Source: Macrostomum lignano
Taxonomy: Eukaryota
Assembly: GCA_002269645.1 (NCBI GenBank)
Contig: NIVC01000819.1
Location: forward strand, 210,328 to 274,327
Direction: 5' to 3'
DNA: 64,000 nt
Part shown: positions 1-11,366 of the stretch, in pieces
Position numbering within the stretch: the stretch's first letter is position 1
Layout of the letters: the number at the start of each line of letters is the position of its first letter
Program-made: the position numbers and the translations under genes
Notes under the pieces: model-generated
Databases searched by the model: none
The model's input: the letters and a program-made list of their open reading frames with translations, nothing else
Told to the model about the DNA's origin: nothing

Positions 1-478
1 ACCCACCTGACTAACTGACCCACCTGACTAACTGACCCACCTGACTAACTGACCCACCTGACTGACTGACCCACCTGACTAACTGACCCACCTGACCAAC
101 TGACCCACCTGACTAACTGACCCACCTGACTAACTGACCCACCTGACTAACTGACCCACCTGACTAACTGACCCACCTGACTAACTGACCCACCTGACTA
201 ACTGACCCAACTACCTACCCAATGACTAACTGACCCACCTGACTAACTGACCCACCTGACTAACTGACCCACCTGACTAACTGACCCACCTGACCAACTG
301 ACCCACCTGACTAACTGACCCACCTGACTAACTGACCCACCTGACTAACTGACCCACCTGACTAACTGACCCACCTGACCAACTGACCCACCTGACTAAC
401 TGACCCACCTGACTAACTGACCCAACTGACCTACTGACCAATTTGGCTACTGACCCACCTAACTAACTGACCCACCTG
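1..478. repeat. 17-bp minisatellite (ACCCACCTGACTAACTG)n, intronic
   Basis: About 28 near-perfect head-to-tail units, ending just before the ctgtgctgcag acceptor at 486. Confidence 0.97.
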
Positions 479-486
479 TGCTGCAG

Positions 487-1130
487 GTTGCGGCTCAATG
501 ACCTTCAAGTCGCGAGGCGATCAGTGCAACGGCAGGCTCCGCAGTCACCTGCACTACGGTTCGAAGCCCTACGAGACGGCCCTGCGCTGCCAGTGGCTCA
601 TCGGCGGCTCCTCGACTCACTCAGTCCTGCTGACGTTCCCGGAGTTCCGCACAGCTAGCGACAGAGACTATGTTGACGTATACGAAGGCCGGGGAACGTC
701 CGGAAAGTTGATAAAGCGTTTCTATGGCAACGGAGAGCATCGGCCGAAGTACCCGTGGATCACGGCGCAAGGACTGACGAACTACCTCAAAGCCGACGCT
801 TCCTACATGACCGTAGTCTTCGTGACCGACCGAGCTCCGGCAAGTCGGAATCGCTCCGTGGAGACGCACAAGGGATTCACGCTCGAGGCGCACATGGTTA
901 TGCGTGAGTGTGGCAGCCCCGGCATGCCTATCAAGATATCCAAAATTACTGAGAGCCTTCAAGCCTACAGCCAATCAGAGACCAGCGGAGTAACAGGCTA
1001 GTCAGAGAGAATGAGAGAGAGAGAGAGAGAGCCAGCCAATCAGAGATCAGCAGAGTGACAGGCTGGTCAGCGAGAGAGAGAGAGAGAGCCAGCCAATCAG
1101 AGACCAGCAGAGTAACAAGCTGGTCAGCTG

Positions 1131-1199
<69 letters not shown>

Positions 1200-2402
1200 A
1201 ATTAGAGACCAGCAGAGTGACAGGCTGGAGAGAGAGAGTCAGCCAATCAGAGTAACACTGAGCAGAGACAGGGAGAGAGACCCAGCCAATCAGAGACCAG
1301 CAGAGTAACACCTAGTAGAGAGAGGGAGAGAGAGCCAGCCAATCACAGAATGTATATTGATATTTTCACTATCTGAACTGTAATTCTGAAATTGCAGGTG
1401 TCCGGCCTTCTTATTTAGTAAGCGACAACTTTCAAAGCTTACTACTTTTGCAATAAAAATGTTTTTTGTCAAATCAGTCATTCGCTAAAAATCAGAAGTC
1501 GCTAAAAATGACTGCAGAGAGAAAGCGAAGGCACGGTCTGCTCATCGGAGCTCTACTTGTACTATCGGGAGAGTTTTTGCCGAAACCGGAACGGGGTTCA
1601 CCCGATCTTCAAGTACGGATACAGGACCGGCCGTGAGTTCAAGTTCGGGCTTTCCTGTGCGCCCTGCCGGTCATAGACTGACGTTTCTCTGCGGTCATAG
1701 ACTGGCGTTTCTCCTCGGTCATAGTCATAGACTGGCTTTCTTTGCGGTCATAGACTGGCGTTTCTCTGCGGTCATAGACTGGCTTTTCTCTGCGGTCATA
1801 GACTGGCGTTTCTCTGCGGTCATAGACTGGCTTTTCTCTGCGGTCATAGACTAGCGTTTCTCTGCGTCTGTAGTCATAGAATGGCGGTTCCATTGGGTTA
1901 TAGAGTTGCTTCACTCTGCGATCATAGAGTTGCTTCTCTCTGCGATCATAAATTGCATTGTTTCGATCACAGAGCAGTTGTTTTCTGCGCTCTGAGCTGC
2001 TTCAAAGTGCGCCTGCCTCCAGCGGTCATATGGGACCCGCAACCCCACCTCTCCGTCTCAGTGTCGATGGTCCGAGAGCTGGAGCAGAACCTGAGGCGCA
2101 GGCAGAACCGCTCGTTGACTGACAGCGACAGCTCGTACTTCTCCCAGATACTGTCCGCTCCGTCCGGTCAGACTCAGGCTCTGCTGCGCCGGAAGCGGGA
2201 GGTCAGCCAGTCCGTGCTGCGCCGTCACTACTGCTACTCGGATGAGGCGATCAGGCGGGAACCGAATTGGCGGCAGAAATGCTGCTGCGGCAGCTGCAGC
2301 CGCCTGTTCTTCATCGTGCAGTGCCGCCATCCGTACGAATCCGTGCCGTCTGGCTCCTGCGACCTGCACTGGGAGCGACTGCCGCTGCGGCTGACTGACT
2401 GA
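487..2402 (+). CDS. 3' part of a CUB-domain extracellular protein (partial; earlier exons upstream of the window)
   Basis: Exon 487-903 reads CGS...CNGRLRSHLHYGSKPYETALRCQWLI...VLLTFPEF...DYVDVYEG...KRFYG...MTVVFVTD...KGFTL, a CUB fold pattern. Its GTGAGT donor at 904 (phase 1) fits a TCAG acceptor at 2061, giving exon 2062-2402 (MVRELEQ...RRKR...KCCCGSC...). A possible extra exon 1518-1632 would need the weaker donor at 897. The C-terminal exon boundaries are uncertain. Confidence 0.7.
1005..1340. repeat. (GA)n microsatellite within degenerate AGCCAATCAGAGACCAGCAGAGTAAC repeats
   Basis: Pure GA run at about 1133-1197, with imperfect longer units on both sides. Confidence 0.9.
1670..1878. 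repeat. 24-bp minisatellite (GCGGTCATAGACTGGCGTTTCTCT)n
   Basis: About 8 imperfect units in the CUB-gene intron. Confidence 0.9.
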
Positions 2403-2524
2403 CTGACCAGAATATACGGACAAATTCTACTTTTAATAGATAGATTTCTGGACGCTTCAGTAAATACTGATACAGGTGAAATTACTTAATCCTTGATATT
2501 TGACAAATTCCTTTGAAATCTATT

Positions 2525-3435
2525 AGTGTGAGCTGAGCTCATTAGACACGAGAATCAGTGTGAGCTGAGCTCATTAGACACGAGAATCAGTGTGAGCTGA
2601 GTTCATTAGACACGAAAATCAGTGTGAGCAGAGCTCATTAGACATGAGAAACAGTGTGAGCAGAGTTCATTAGACACGAGAAACAGTGTGAGCAGAGTTC
2701 ATTAGACACGAGAAACAGTGTGAGCAGAGCTCATTAGACATGAGAAACAGTGTGAGCAGAGCTCATTAGACATGAGAAACAGTGTGAGCTGAGCTCATTA
2801 GACATGAGAAACAGTGTGAGCAGAGCTCATTAGACATGAGAAACAGTGTGAGCAGAGCTCATTAGACATGAGAAACAGTGTGAGCAGAGCTCATTAGACA
2901 TGAGAAACAGTGTGAGCTGAGCTCATTAGACATGAGAAACAGTGTGAGCAGAGCTCATTAGACATGAGAAACAGTGTGAGCTGAGTTCATTAGACATGAG
3001 AAACAGTGTGAGCTGAGCTCATTAGACATGAGAAACAGTGTGAGCAGAGCTCATTAGACATGAGAAACAGTGTGAGCAGAGCTCATTAGACATGAGAAAC
3101 AGTGTGAGCTGAGCTCATTAGACATGAGAAACAGTGTGAGCAGAGCTCATTAGACATGAGAAACAGTGTGAGCAGAGCTCATTAGACATGAGAAACAGTG
3201 TGAGCAGAGCTCATTAGACACGAGAATCAGTGTGAGCTGAGTTCATTAGACACGAGAATCAGTGTGAGCTGAGTTCATTAGACACGAGAATCAGTGTGAG
3301 CTGAGTTCATTAGACACGAGAATCAGTGTGAGCAGAGTTCATTAGACACGAGAATCAGTGTGAGCTGAGTTCATTGGACACGAGAATTAAGTGTGAGCTG
3401 AGTTCATTAGACACGAGAATTAAGTGTGAGCAGAG
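2525..3435. repeat. 32-bp minisatellite (CAGTGTGAGCAGAGCTCATTAGACATGAGAAA)n upstream of ferritin 1
   Basis: About 28 contiguous units with no spacers; the same unit recurs at 21115-21305 upstream of ferritin 3. Confidence 0.96.
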
Positions 3436-3559
3436 TGAAATCTGACCTGTCCACCGCAGAGCAAAGTTCCCTTAAAGTGCAAGGCGATTTGAATAACACG
3501 CACTGAGCCCAGCTGGCACGCAGAGCAGTGTCAATGACGCAAAGCCGTTGCCAGGTGAG

Positions 3560-3818
3560 TTGCAGGGTCGGAGAGAGTCGTGAGCAGCGAGAGGCGTCTG
3601 CGAAAGTTGTCAGCAAAATGCAGAGTTCAACCAGAGGCCACGGCGATAACAAGTTTCCTGTGCTGGCATTTCTTGACCTACTGATAAGACGGTCTCTGAC
3701 TTTCAATATGAATTGGCAGTCACTTCGGAATTTCTTTAGTTTAAATAATTTAAAGGACTCTCAATTCTTACCAAGCCAAGTTGACTTACTCTTTGACACA
3801 AAACCAACACAAGCGACA
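3560..3818 (+). promoter_or_regulatory. Ferritin upstream region conserved in all three copies, containing TGATAAG (GATA-type site)
   Basis: Aligns by eye with 16565-16816 and 21330-21585. CTACTGATAAGACGG is invariant (TGATAAG at 3682, 16695, 21453). Confidence 0.5.
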
Positions 3819-6807
3819 ATGGCCCGGTTATCTCTGCTCTCAGCGATTCTGCTGCACCTGGTTGTTGTCTCCATGCAGCAGGGTGACGATGAGGCTCTCG
3901 GTGAGTTGCCATTGTCCGGCCTTCGGTGCTACTTGTGATCTGGGCTATCGCCACCTTCACATTATTTTATGATTCGAAGGCCGATTTTGATAATTAGTGA
4001 GATAAGTTATTGCATGAAGCTAAAATGAAATCTCAATTTTAGCCTCTAGTAAAGTTTTTACTCAGATCGATTGACTCGTGAAAATCCCTTTTATAAAGCG
4101 CATAACTCTCAGATGAGTATTGAGAAGCCGAGCAGAGGCCATAGAGACACTGAGAAGCCAAGCAGTGGCCAGAGAGACAGTGAGAAGCCGAGCAGTGGCC
4201 AGAGAGACAGTGAGAAGCCAAGCATGTGGCCAGAGAGACAGTGAGAAGCCGAGCAGTGGCCAGAGAGACAGTGAGAAGCCAAGCATGTGGCCAGAGAGAC
4301 AGTGAGAAGCCGAGCAGTGGCCAGAGAGACAATGAGAAGCCGAGCAGTGGCCAGAGAGACAATGAGAAGCCGAGCAGTGGCCAGAGATACACTGAGAAGC
4401 CAAGCAGTGGCCAGAGAGACAATGAGAAGCCGAGCAGAGGCCAGATAGACACTGAGAAGCCAAGCAGTGGCCAGAGAGACACTGAGAAGCCGAGCAGTGG
4501 CCAGAGAGACAATGAGAAGCCGAGCAGAGGCCAGAGAGACACTGAGAAGCCGAGCAGTGGCCAGAGAGACAGTGAGAAGCCGAGCAGTGGCCAGAGAGAC
4601 AGTGAGAAGCCAAGCAGAGGCCATAGAGACAGTGAGAAGCCGAGCAGTGGCCAGAGAGACAGTGAGAAGCCGAGCAGTGGCCAGAGAGACAGTGAGAAGC
4701 CATATCTTCACCACTGGAGCAGAAACTTCTACACAAGATTTTAAGCTACTCAGCAAGTAGTATAAACCATGCATAGCCGTTGCTGAACCCCCGCAATCCG
4801 CAGAAATTCGACAGCGATTCAACAGCACCTCGGTGTCGATGATCAACGACCAGATCCAAAGAGAGTTCAACGCCATGTACCTCTACGAGACAATGGTAAG
4901 TCTTTCCTGATCCCACGCATTGCCAAGGTCGCCACCCAACCAACTTAATTATGTTAAACCCTACGGAGCGTCATACTCTGGGGGTACCTTGAGCTCACGC
5001 CCACTTCGCTCGTATTCAAAGTTCATGGTAATTTTTATATTGTTAATTTTATTAAAAACTCCACCACCGTGTGGATCTCGATCAGTTGAACCCCAGGGTT
5101 TTGACGCCGGTTTCTTTCGATCCAAATCCCTGGCTCAAATTCTAAAAACCGAGTTTGCCGACCGCCACGCCCGCAGGCCAGCTACTTCGGCAGGCCCAGC
5201 GTCGGTCTTCCCGGCTTCAAGAAATTCTTCAAGAAAGCCGCCGACGAGGAGCGCGAGCATGCACACAAACTGATCGACTACCTCAACATGCGGGGCGGCC
5301 ACGTCAGGCTGAAGCCAATTACCGTGAGTGCCTGGTCACCCGGTCACCTAACATCTGGTCAACTAACACCTGATCACCTAACATCTGATCACCAACACTT
5401 GGCCACCTAACACTTGGTCACCTGATCCCCTGGTCACCTGATCCCTGATCACCTGATCCCTAGTCACCTGATCCTTGGTCACCTGATCCCCTGGTCACCT
5501 GATCCCTGATCACCTGATCCCTAGTCACCTGATTCCCTGGTCACCTGATCCCTGGTCACCTGATCCCTAGTCACCTGATCCCTGGTCACCTGATCCCGGG
5601 TCACCTGATTCCCTGGTCACCTGATCCCTGGTCACCTGATCCCTAGTCACCTGATCCCTGGTCACCTGATCCCCGGGTCACCTGATTCCCTGGTCACCTG
5701 ATCCCTGGTCACCTGATCCCTGGTCACCTGATCCCTGGTCACCTGATCCCCTGGTCACCTGATTCATGGTCACCTGATCCCTGCTCACCTGATCCCTGTT
5801 CACCTGATCCCCGGGTCACCTGATTCACTGGTCACCTGATCCCTGGTCACCTGATCCCTGGTCACCTGATCCCTGGTCACCTGATCCCCTGGTCACCTGA
5901 TCCCTGGTCACCTGATCCTCTGATCCCAGTTCCCGGTCATTATAACAATTTTATATTTATTTTTCAGACTACAGATTAAGCTTCAATGTAGCCCCACAAA
6001 CTCATCTTTGTTGCAGCCTCCCAGCAAGTTCGAGTGGTTCTCCGCCCTTGACGCAGCCGAGACGGCTCTTGGCGCCGAGAAGAACATCACGCTGGAGTTG
6101 TACAGACTGCGAGATCGGGCTGACATGGAGAGCGACCCGCATGTGAGTCCTGCTGTAGATGGCTGCTCTGATTACTCTCTTAGTTGCTAAATTAGCTTAC
6201 GAAAATATGAGCGCCATTCCCTGAAAATACTGGCGCCATTCTTTGTGAAATATCAGGTGCAATTCACTGTCAAAGCAATTAATTCACTCTCGTATTTTGA
6301 GGGCCTTTTCGTCTTCACGCATTGTTCTAATGGCTCATCCATCGAACCCAAACGGTGTCGAAACGGTGACTGACTGACAGCAGGTCACCTGATCCCCTGG
6401 TCACCTGATCCGCCTACACTCTGACGCACGTCATTGATTGGCTGGTTGGGTCAGCTGTCAGTTGCCCCAGCTGACTCACCCTCAACCTCCGCCCCGACGT
6501 TCCAACCAAAAGCCAGCCAATCAGCAACTTGCAGAACTGTTTAGCAGACTATTATTCTATCATATTATTTTATTTTCTGCAAAAACTCACCTTTAGCTTA
6601 ATAGCAAATAACTGTGCGCGTGGTATTCCTCATGGTATTCCTCAAATTGCTACTCAATTCTTGAACTTTCAGCTGGTGGACTTCATCGAGTCCGAGTTCC
6701 TGACCGAGCAGGTGACGGGCATCCGGGATCTGCGGGAACTCATCGCCCGCCTCAACAAGGCTGGCAGCGGCCTTGGCGAGCTCATTTTGGACAAGGAGCT
6801 CAACTAG
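3819..6807 (+). CDS. Secreted ferritin copy 1, ferroxidase centre intact (193 aa)
   Basis: Exons 3819-3900, 4804-4895, 5177-5323, 6017-6142 and 6673-6807, all GT-AG and phase-compatible. Signal peptide MARLSLLSAILLHLVVVS. Ferritin motifs QIQREFNAMYLY, ADEEREHAHKL, ALGAEKNI, DPHLVDFIESEFLTEQV correspond to human-H E27, Y34, E61, E62, H65, E107 and Q141, all present. Confidence 0.96.
4119..4700. repeat. 30-bp minisatellite (AGCAGTGGCCAGAGAGACAGTGAGAAGCCG)n in ferritin 1 intron 1
   Basis: About 19 units; accounts for the repetitive ORFs at 4039-4876. Confidence 0.96.
5330..5930. repeat. 14-15-bp minisatellite (CCTGGTCACCTGATC)n in ferritin 1 intron 3
   Basis: Dozens of imperfect units; shorter homologues lie in the same intron of copies 2 and 3. 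Confidence 0.95.
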
Positions 6808-7145
6808 AGACTGTGGAGGAGAGGACTGACGCAAAGTCTCATAGGTGTAGCTGATTAGCCTGAATTCAGGACCAGCATAATGACGCTCAAGGTTTCAGAT
6901 TAAATATCGACGTGACTCCATTTTCTGATATCGGCGCTTTAACTACGAGCGCATTATCCGAATTCCTTTTAACTATCAATGATTTGAACAAAATAATCTG
7001 CGGTGAGTCACTCCAGCATAGTTGTATTAGAGGATCGACTTTACTACAATGGAGAAAGCATATTTTCATTTATTCACCAACTAGTAACGAATAAACATCT
7101 GATTTTACTTCGATGCATCGCTCGAACATTTTCCGGCTTTGAAAA

Positions 7146-7193
7146 AAAACTTGCATTCAAACTTGCATTCAAACTTGCATTCAAACTTGCATT
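7146..7193. repeat. 12-bp repeat (AAACTTGCATTC)x4
   Basis: Four exact units. Confidence 0.9.
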
Positions 7194-7394
7194 CAGTAGA
7201 AGTTGTGCTTTACCCTTAACTGGAAATTAAACTTCGATGAAAAAATTTGGGAGTTGAACTGACTAGATTTTAGAATCACGTGACTTTTTGCTTTAACAAC
7301 CTCAGATATAACAAAACGAGTAGTATACTATTAGAAACATATCACAGAAAACAGCAACGCAACCGTAGAAAAACAGCATCGTCACAAGTAGAGA

Positions 7395-7601
7395 CAAAAC
7401 AGCATGACAGCATAGAAAACAGCATGACAGCATAGAAAACAGCATGACAGCATAGAAAACAGCATGACAGCATAGAAAACAGCATGACAGTATAGAAAAC
7501 AGCATGACAGCATAGAAAACAGCATGACAGCATAGAAAACAGCATGACAGTATAGAAAACAGCATGACAGCATAGAAAACAGCATGACAGCATAGAAAAC
7601 A
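7395..7601. repeat. 20-bp minisatellite (CATAGAAAACAGCATGACAG)n
   Basis: About 10 units, directly abutting the C-terminal end of the piggyBac relic. Confidence 0.93.
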
Positions 7602-7602
7602 A

Positions 7603-9568
7603 GTTGCAGCAAGAGATAGGAGGCCAGCTTGAAAAACTACTTCTGCGTTCTTCTACTTGTCTTGTAGGGCTCACAACTCAATCCTGTCCACTCCTCCCAT
7701 GCTTTGGTTGTAGTCTAGAGCTGTTTGAGATTTCAGCAGGTGCTGCTCCTGACCGCCTGGCTGAACCCTTGTAACTTGCACACTGTGCCAGCACTGTCTA
7801 GCATGTACACGGTCTTTAACCCAGAGGCTCGCCGATTCACAATCTTCACAGCTAGCAGCTCCCCACGCCTAGAAAATGCGTTGGATGGTGGGTGCAACAC
7901 CTGCTGCTTCAGAGCCGCGTTGTGCTCGCACTGTGCCTGTCAACAGAGTGTCTCTCTGGAGCAACCAGTCAGTGAGCCGTGCCGAGCAAAACCAGCTGTC
8001 ACAAAAGATCCTGTATCTGAGGTTGAAGATATCCCGAGACAGTTCTACGATGATGCGTTCCGACAGCGACAGCTGCTGCGCATCCTGGTCCAACAGGTTG
8101 TTTTGGGCTACAGTGGAGTGGATCAGAAAGTTCCAACAGGTTGTTTTGGGCCGCAGTGGAGTGGATCAGAAAGTTCCAACAGGTTGTTTTGGGCTACAGT
8201 GGAGTGGATCAGAAAGTTCCAACAGGTTGTTTTGGGCTACAGTGGAGTGGATCAGAAAGTTCCAACAGGTTGTTTTGAGCCGCAGTGGAGTGGATCAGAA
8301 AGTTCCAACAGGTTGTTTTGGGCTAGAGTGGAGTAGATCAGAAAGTTCCAACAGGTTGTTTTGAGCCGCAGTGGAGTGGATCAGAAAGTTCCAACAGGTT
8401 GTTTTGGGCTACAGTGGAGTGGATCAGAAAGTTCCAACAGGTTGTTTTGGGCTACAGTGGAGTGGATCAGAAAGTTCCAACAGGTTGTTTTGGGCTACAG
8501 TCGAGTGGATCAGAAAGTTCTAACAGGTTGTTTTGGGCCGCAGTGGAGTGGATCAGAAAGTTCCAACAGGTTGTTTTGGGCTACAGTGGAGTGGATCAGA
8601 AAGTTCCAACAGGTTGTTTTGGGCTACAGTGGAGTGGATCAGAAAGTTCCAGCTGGTTGTTTTGGGCTACAGTGGAGTGGATCAGAAAGTTCCAACAGGT
8701 TGTTTTGGGCCGCAGTGGAGTGGATCAGAAAGTTCCAACAGGTTGTTTTGGGCTGCAGTGGAGTGGATCAGAAAGTTCCAACAGGTTGTTTTGGGCTGCA
8801 GTGGAGTGGATCAGAAAGTTCCAGCAGGTTGTTTTGGGCTGCAGTGGAGTGGATCAGAAAGTTCCAACCGGTTGTTTTGGGCCGCAGTGGAGTGGATCAG
8901 AAAGTTCCACAAATAGCCTCTGTTCAATTCGGCTGGACAGTACAGCTTGCCGAGCTTTGCCATTTTGTTGGGCATGTACTGAAGAAAGTGGAGCCTACCT
9001 TTGTAAAGTACCAATGACTTGTCAACAGTAATATTTTGAAGTGGCATGTACTTATTTTGACAGATGGACTGGACTTTGTTTAAAAAGGGTCGATCTTGCA
9101 CAGTGGACCAGCTTCTTTAACCTCCGTGCAATCGTAGCAGCGAAACCAGGTCATGGTGAGATGACTCATGGCGGAAGAAGTCCTGATGATGCATAAGATC
9201 GGTTGACCAATACATGCTAATATCTGGCTTCTGTACTACTCCCATGTGCAGCGGAATCCCGATAAACTGCATTTCATTCAAGCTGCATGCTGGCTTCCAA
9301 TTTAGGAGCTTCCATGGCAGCTCTCCGTTTTCTTGTTGACTTTGCGTAACAGCCCTGTCTGCTCTGGCGGTTGTCCAGGCGCACAAACTTTGCAGAAGAC
9401 TGTCGGGAAGAAACTGACCAAGGATGGCAGCCATGCAATTTTCAATGTTGTCCGGCACAAGAAAATCCGGATGCAGACCAGGCACAGACCAATAAGTATA
9501 ACTAGACTGCGCATGTGGGGCAAGAAATGTGTGCCTCTTTCCAAGTAGGATAAATGGGGTCGCCATCA
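7603..9568 (-). mobile_element. Degenerate piggyBac (PGBD4-like) transposase relic, interrupted by a minisatellite
   Basis: Minus-strand fragments EMQFIGIPLHMGVVQKPDISMYWST, ITVDKSLVLYKGRLHFLQYMP...GYLWNFLIHS, IFCDSWFCS...LLTGTVR and DYNQSMGGVDR match the three DDD-motif regions of piggyBac. It has stops and frameshifts; no TIR or TTAA was found. Confidence 0.88.
8090..8910. repeat. 43-bp minisatellite derived from piggyBac coding sequence
   Basis: About 19 units of CAACAGGTTGTTTTGGGCTACAGTGGAGTGGATCAGAAAGTTC; the reverse complement encodes the transposase segment (W)NFLIHSTVAQNN. Confidence 0.95.
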
Positions 9569-10342
9569 TAAACCCGAGATATCACAAACCCGAAATATCA
9601 CAAACCCGAAATATCATAAACCCGAAATATCATAAACCCGAAATATCATAAACCCGAAATATCATAAACTCGAAATATCACAAACCCGAAATATCACAAA
9701 CCCGAAATATCACAAACCCGAAATATCACAAACCCGAAATATCGCAAACCCGAAATATCACAAACCCGAAATATCACAAACCCGAAATATCACAAACCCG
9801 AAATATCACAAACCCGAAATATCACAAACCCGAAATATCACAAACCCGAAATATCACAAACCCGAAATATCACAAACCCGAAATATCACAAACCCGAAAT
9901 ATCACAAACCCGAAATATCACAAACCCGAAATATCACAAACCCGAAATATCACAAACCCGAAATATCACAAACCCGAAATATCACAAACCCGAAATATCA
10001 CAAACCCGAAATATCACAAACACGAAATATCACAAACCCGAAATATCACAAACCCGAAATATCACAAACCCGAAATATCACAAACCCGAAATATCAAAAA
10101 CCCGAAATATCACAAACCCGAAATATCACAAACCCGAAATATCACAAACCCGAAGTATCACAAACCCGAAATATCACAAACCCGAAATATCACAAACCCG
10201 AAATATCACAAACCCGAAATATCACAAACCCGAAATATCATAAACCCGAAATATCACAAACCCGAAATATCATAAACCCGAAATATCACAAACCTGAAAT
10301 ATCACAAACCCGAAATATCACAAACCCGAAATATCACAAACC
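9569..10342. repeat. 16-bp satellite (AAACCCGAAATATCAC)n, left half
   Basis: About 48 units; continues after the LTR element. Confidence 0.97.
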
Positions 10343-10645
10343 TGTGGCGGACAAGTGCAAGCACACCTGAAGACGGCCGTTTAGATGCCCTCGCGCTCCC
10401 TGCTCATCACGCCGCGTCTATGCGCCACCAACCCCGGAGATTAGGGGTGGGGGTTCGCCCACCCAGCCTGAGCTACGTGGGGGTTGGGGTTGACTGACTA
10501 ACTAGCGCGTTGGCCTATTTAACCTGATTGTGCGCAGACGCTTGTAAGAACCTTTTGCTCTCCGCAAATACAATTTCAAGTCTGCACGCAGTAGCTACTG
10601 CCCGCTTCATTGGTGAGCCCGACAACCCGCCATTTCGTCTAACAC

Positions 10646-11318
10646 ATGGCGCCACCCACTGAGTCAACTGTTGCACTCAAGCTGCCCACGTTTTGGGCCA
10701 TGCAGCCACGCGCGTGGTTCATCCAGGCAGAGGCCCAGTTCCAGCTGCGCGGCATCACCCAGGACGACACCAAGTATCACCACTTGGTCGCCTCGCTTGA
10801 TCAACAAACCGCCGAGCGCCTGCTGGACGTTCTGGAAAGCCCTCCGAGCGAGGACAAATACGGCAAACTGAAAGGGCGCCTGCTCGGCACTTTCAGTCTC
10901 ACCCGGCAGCAGCGAGCTAGCCGTTTGCTCAGCATGTCCGGCCTGGGAGATCGCCGGCCGTCCGAGATGATGGACGAGATGCTGGCCCTGCTTGGTGATC
11001 ATCGATCAGCTGCCCGTGGACATCCGGATGGTGCTCGCATCCGCCGACTTCGAAGACCCCCGGGCAGTCGCGCAGCTCGCCGACCAGCTCTGGGTCAGCC
11101 GGCCCCAGCCAGTGGCCGCTTCCGCCCAGTTGGCAGGTCCGCCGGAGGTTTGCGCTGCGCGTCAGGCTGCGCGTCTCCGCACCACGTCGCCCCGGCCTGG
11201 GCACCGCGGCACCCGCGCCCAGGAGCTGTGCTACTTCCACCGCAAGTTCGGCGCGAAGGCTAGGCAATGCGAGCAGCCCTGCAGCTTTCCGGGAAACGGG
11301 CCGGCCGGCCGCCAGTGA
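10646..11318 (+). pseudogene. gag of the CsRn1-like element, frameshifted near 10997
   Basis: LKLPTFW...PRAWFIQAEAQF...GDRRPSEMMDEMLALLGDH in one frame; DQLPVDIRMVL...CYFHRKFGAKARQCEQPC in another. Confidence 0.88.
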
Positions 11319-11366
11319 CCATCGCGGCGGCCGGCAACCTGCTGCTCATCCGGCCGGCGGTTCCTG

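Noticed and set aside
904-1001. Sushi/CCP domain start after the CUB domain (ECGSPGMP)
   Set aside because: Begins at a strong GTGAGT donor and runs into intronic repeats and a stop; probably chance, though not excluded.
2525-3435. CRISPR-like appearance of the 32-bp array (also the 43-bp and 56-bp arrays)
   Set aside because: Units are contiguous with no unique spacers, there are no cas genes, and the context is eukaryotic.
3500-3818. Iron-responsive element upstream of ferritin 1 (CAGTGT at about 3526)
   Set aside because: Flanks do not form the 5-bp upper stem, and the motif is not conserved upstream of copies 2 and 3.
4039-4876. Long ORFs of 167-255 aa on both strands
   Set aside because: Translations of the 30-bp intronic minisatellite; a unit length divisible by 3 keeps frames open.
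8361-9031. Repetitive ORFs of about 210 aa
   Set aside because: Products of the 43-bp array.
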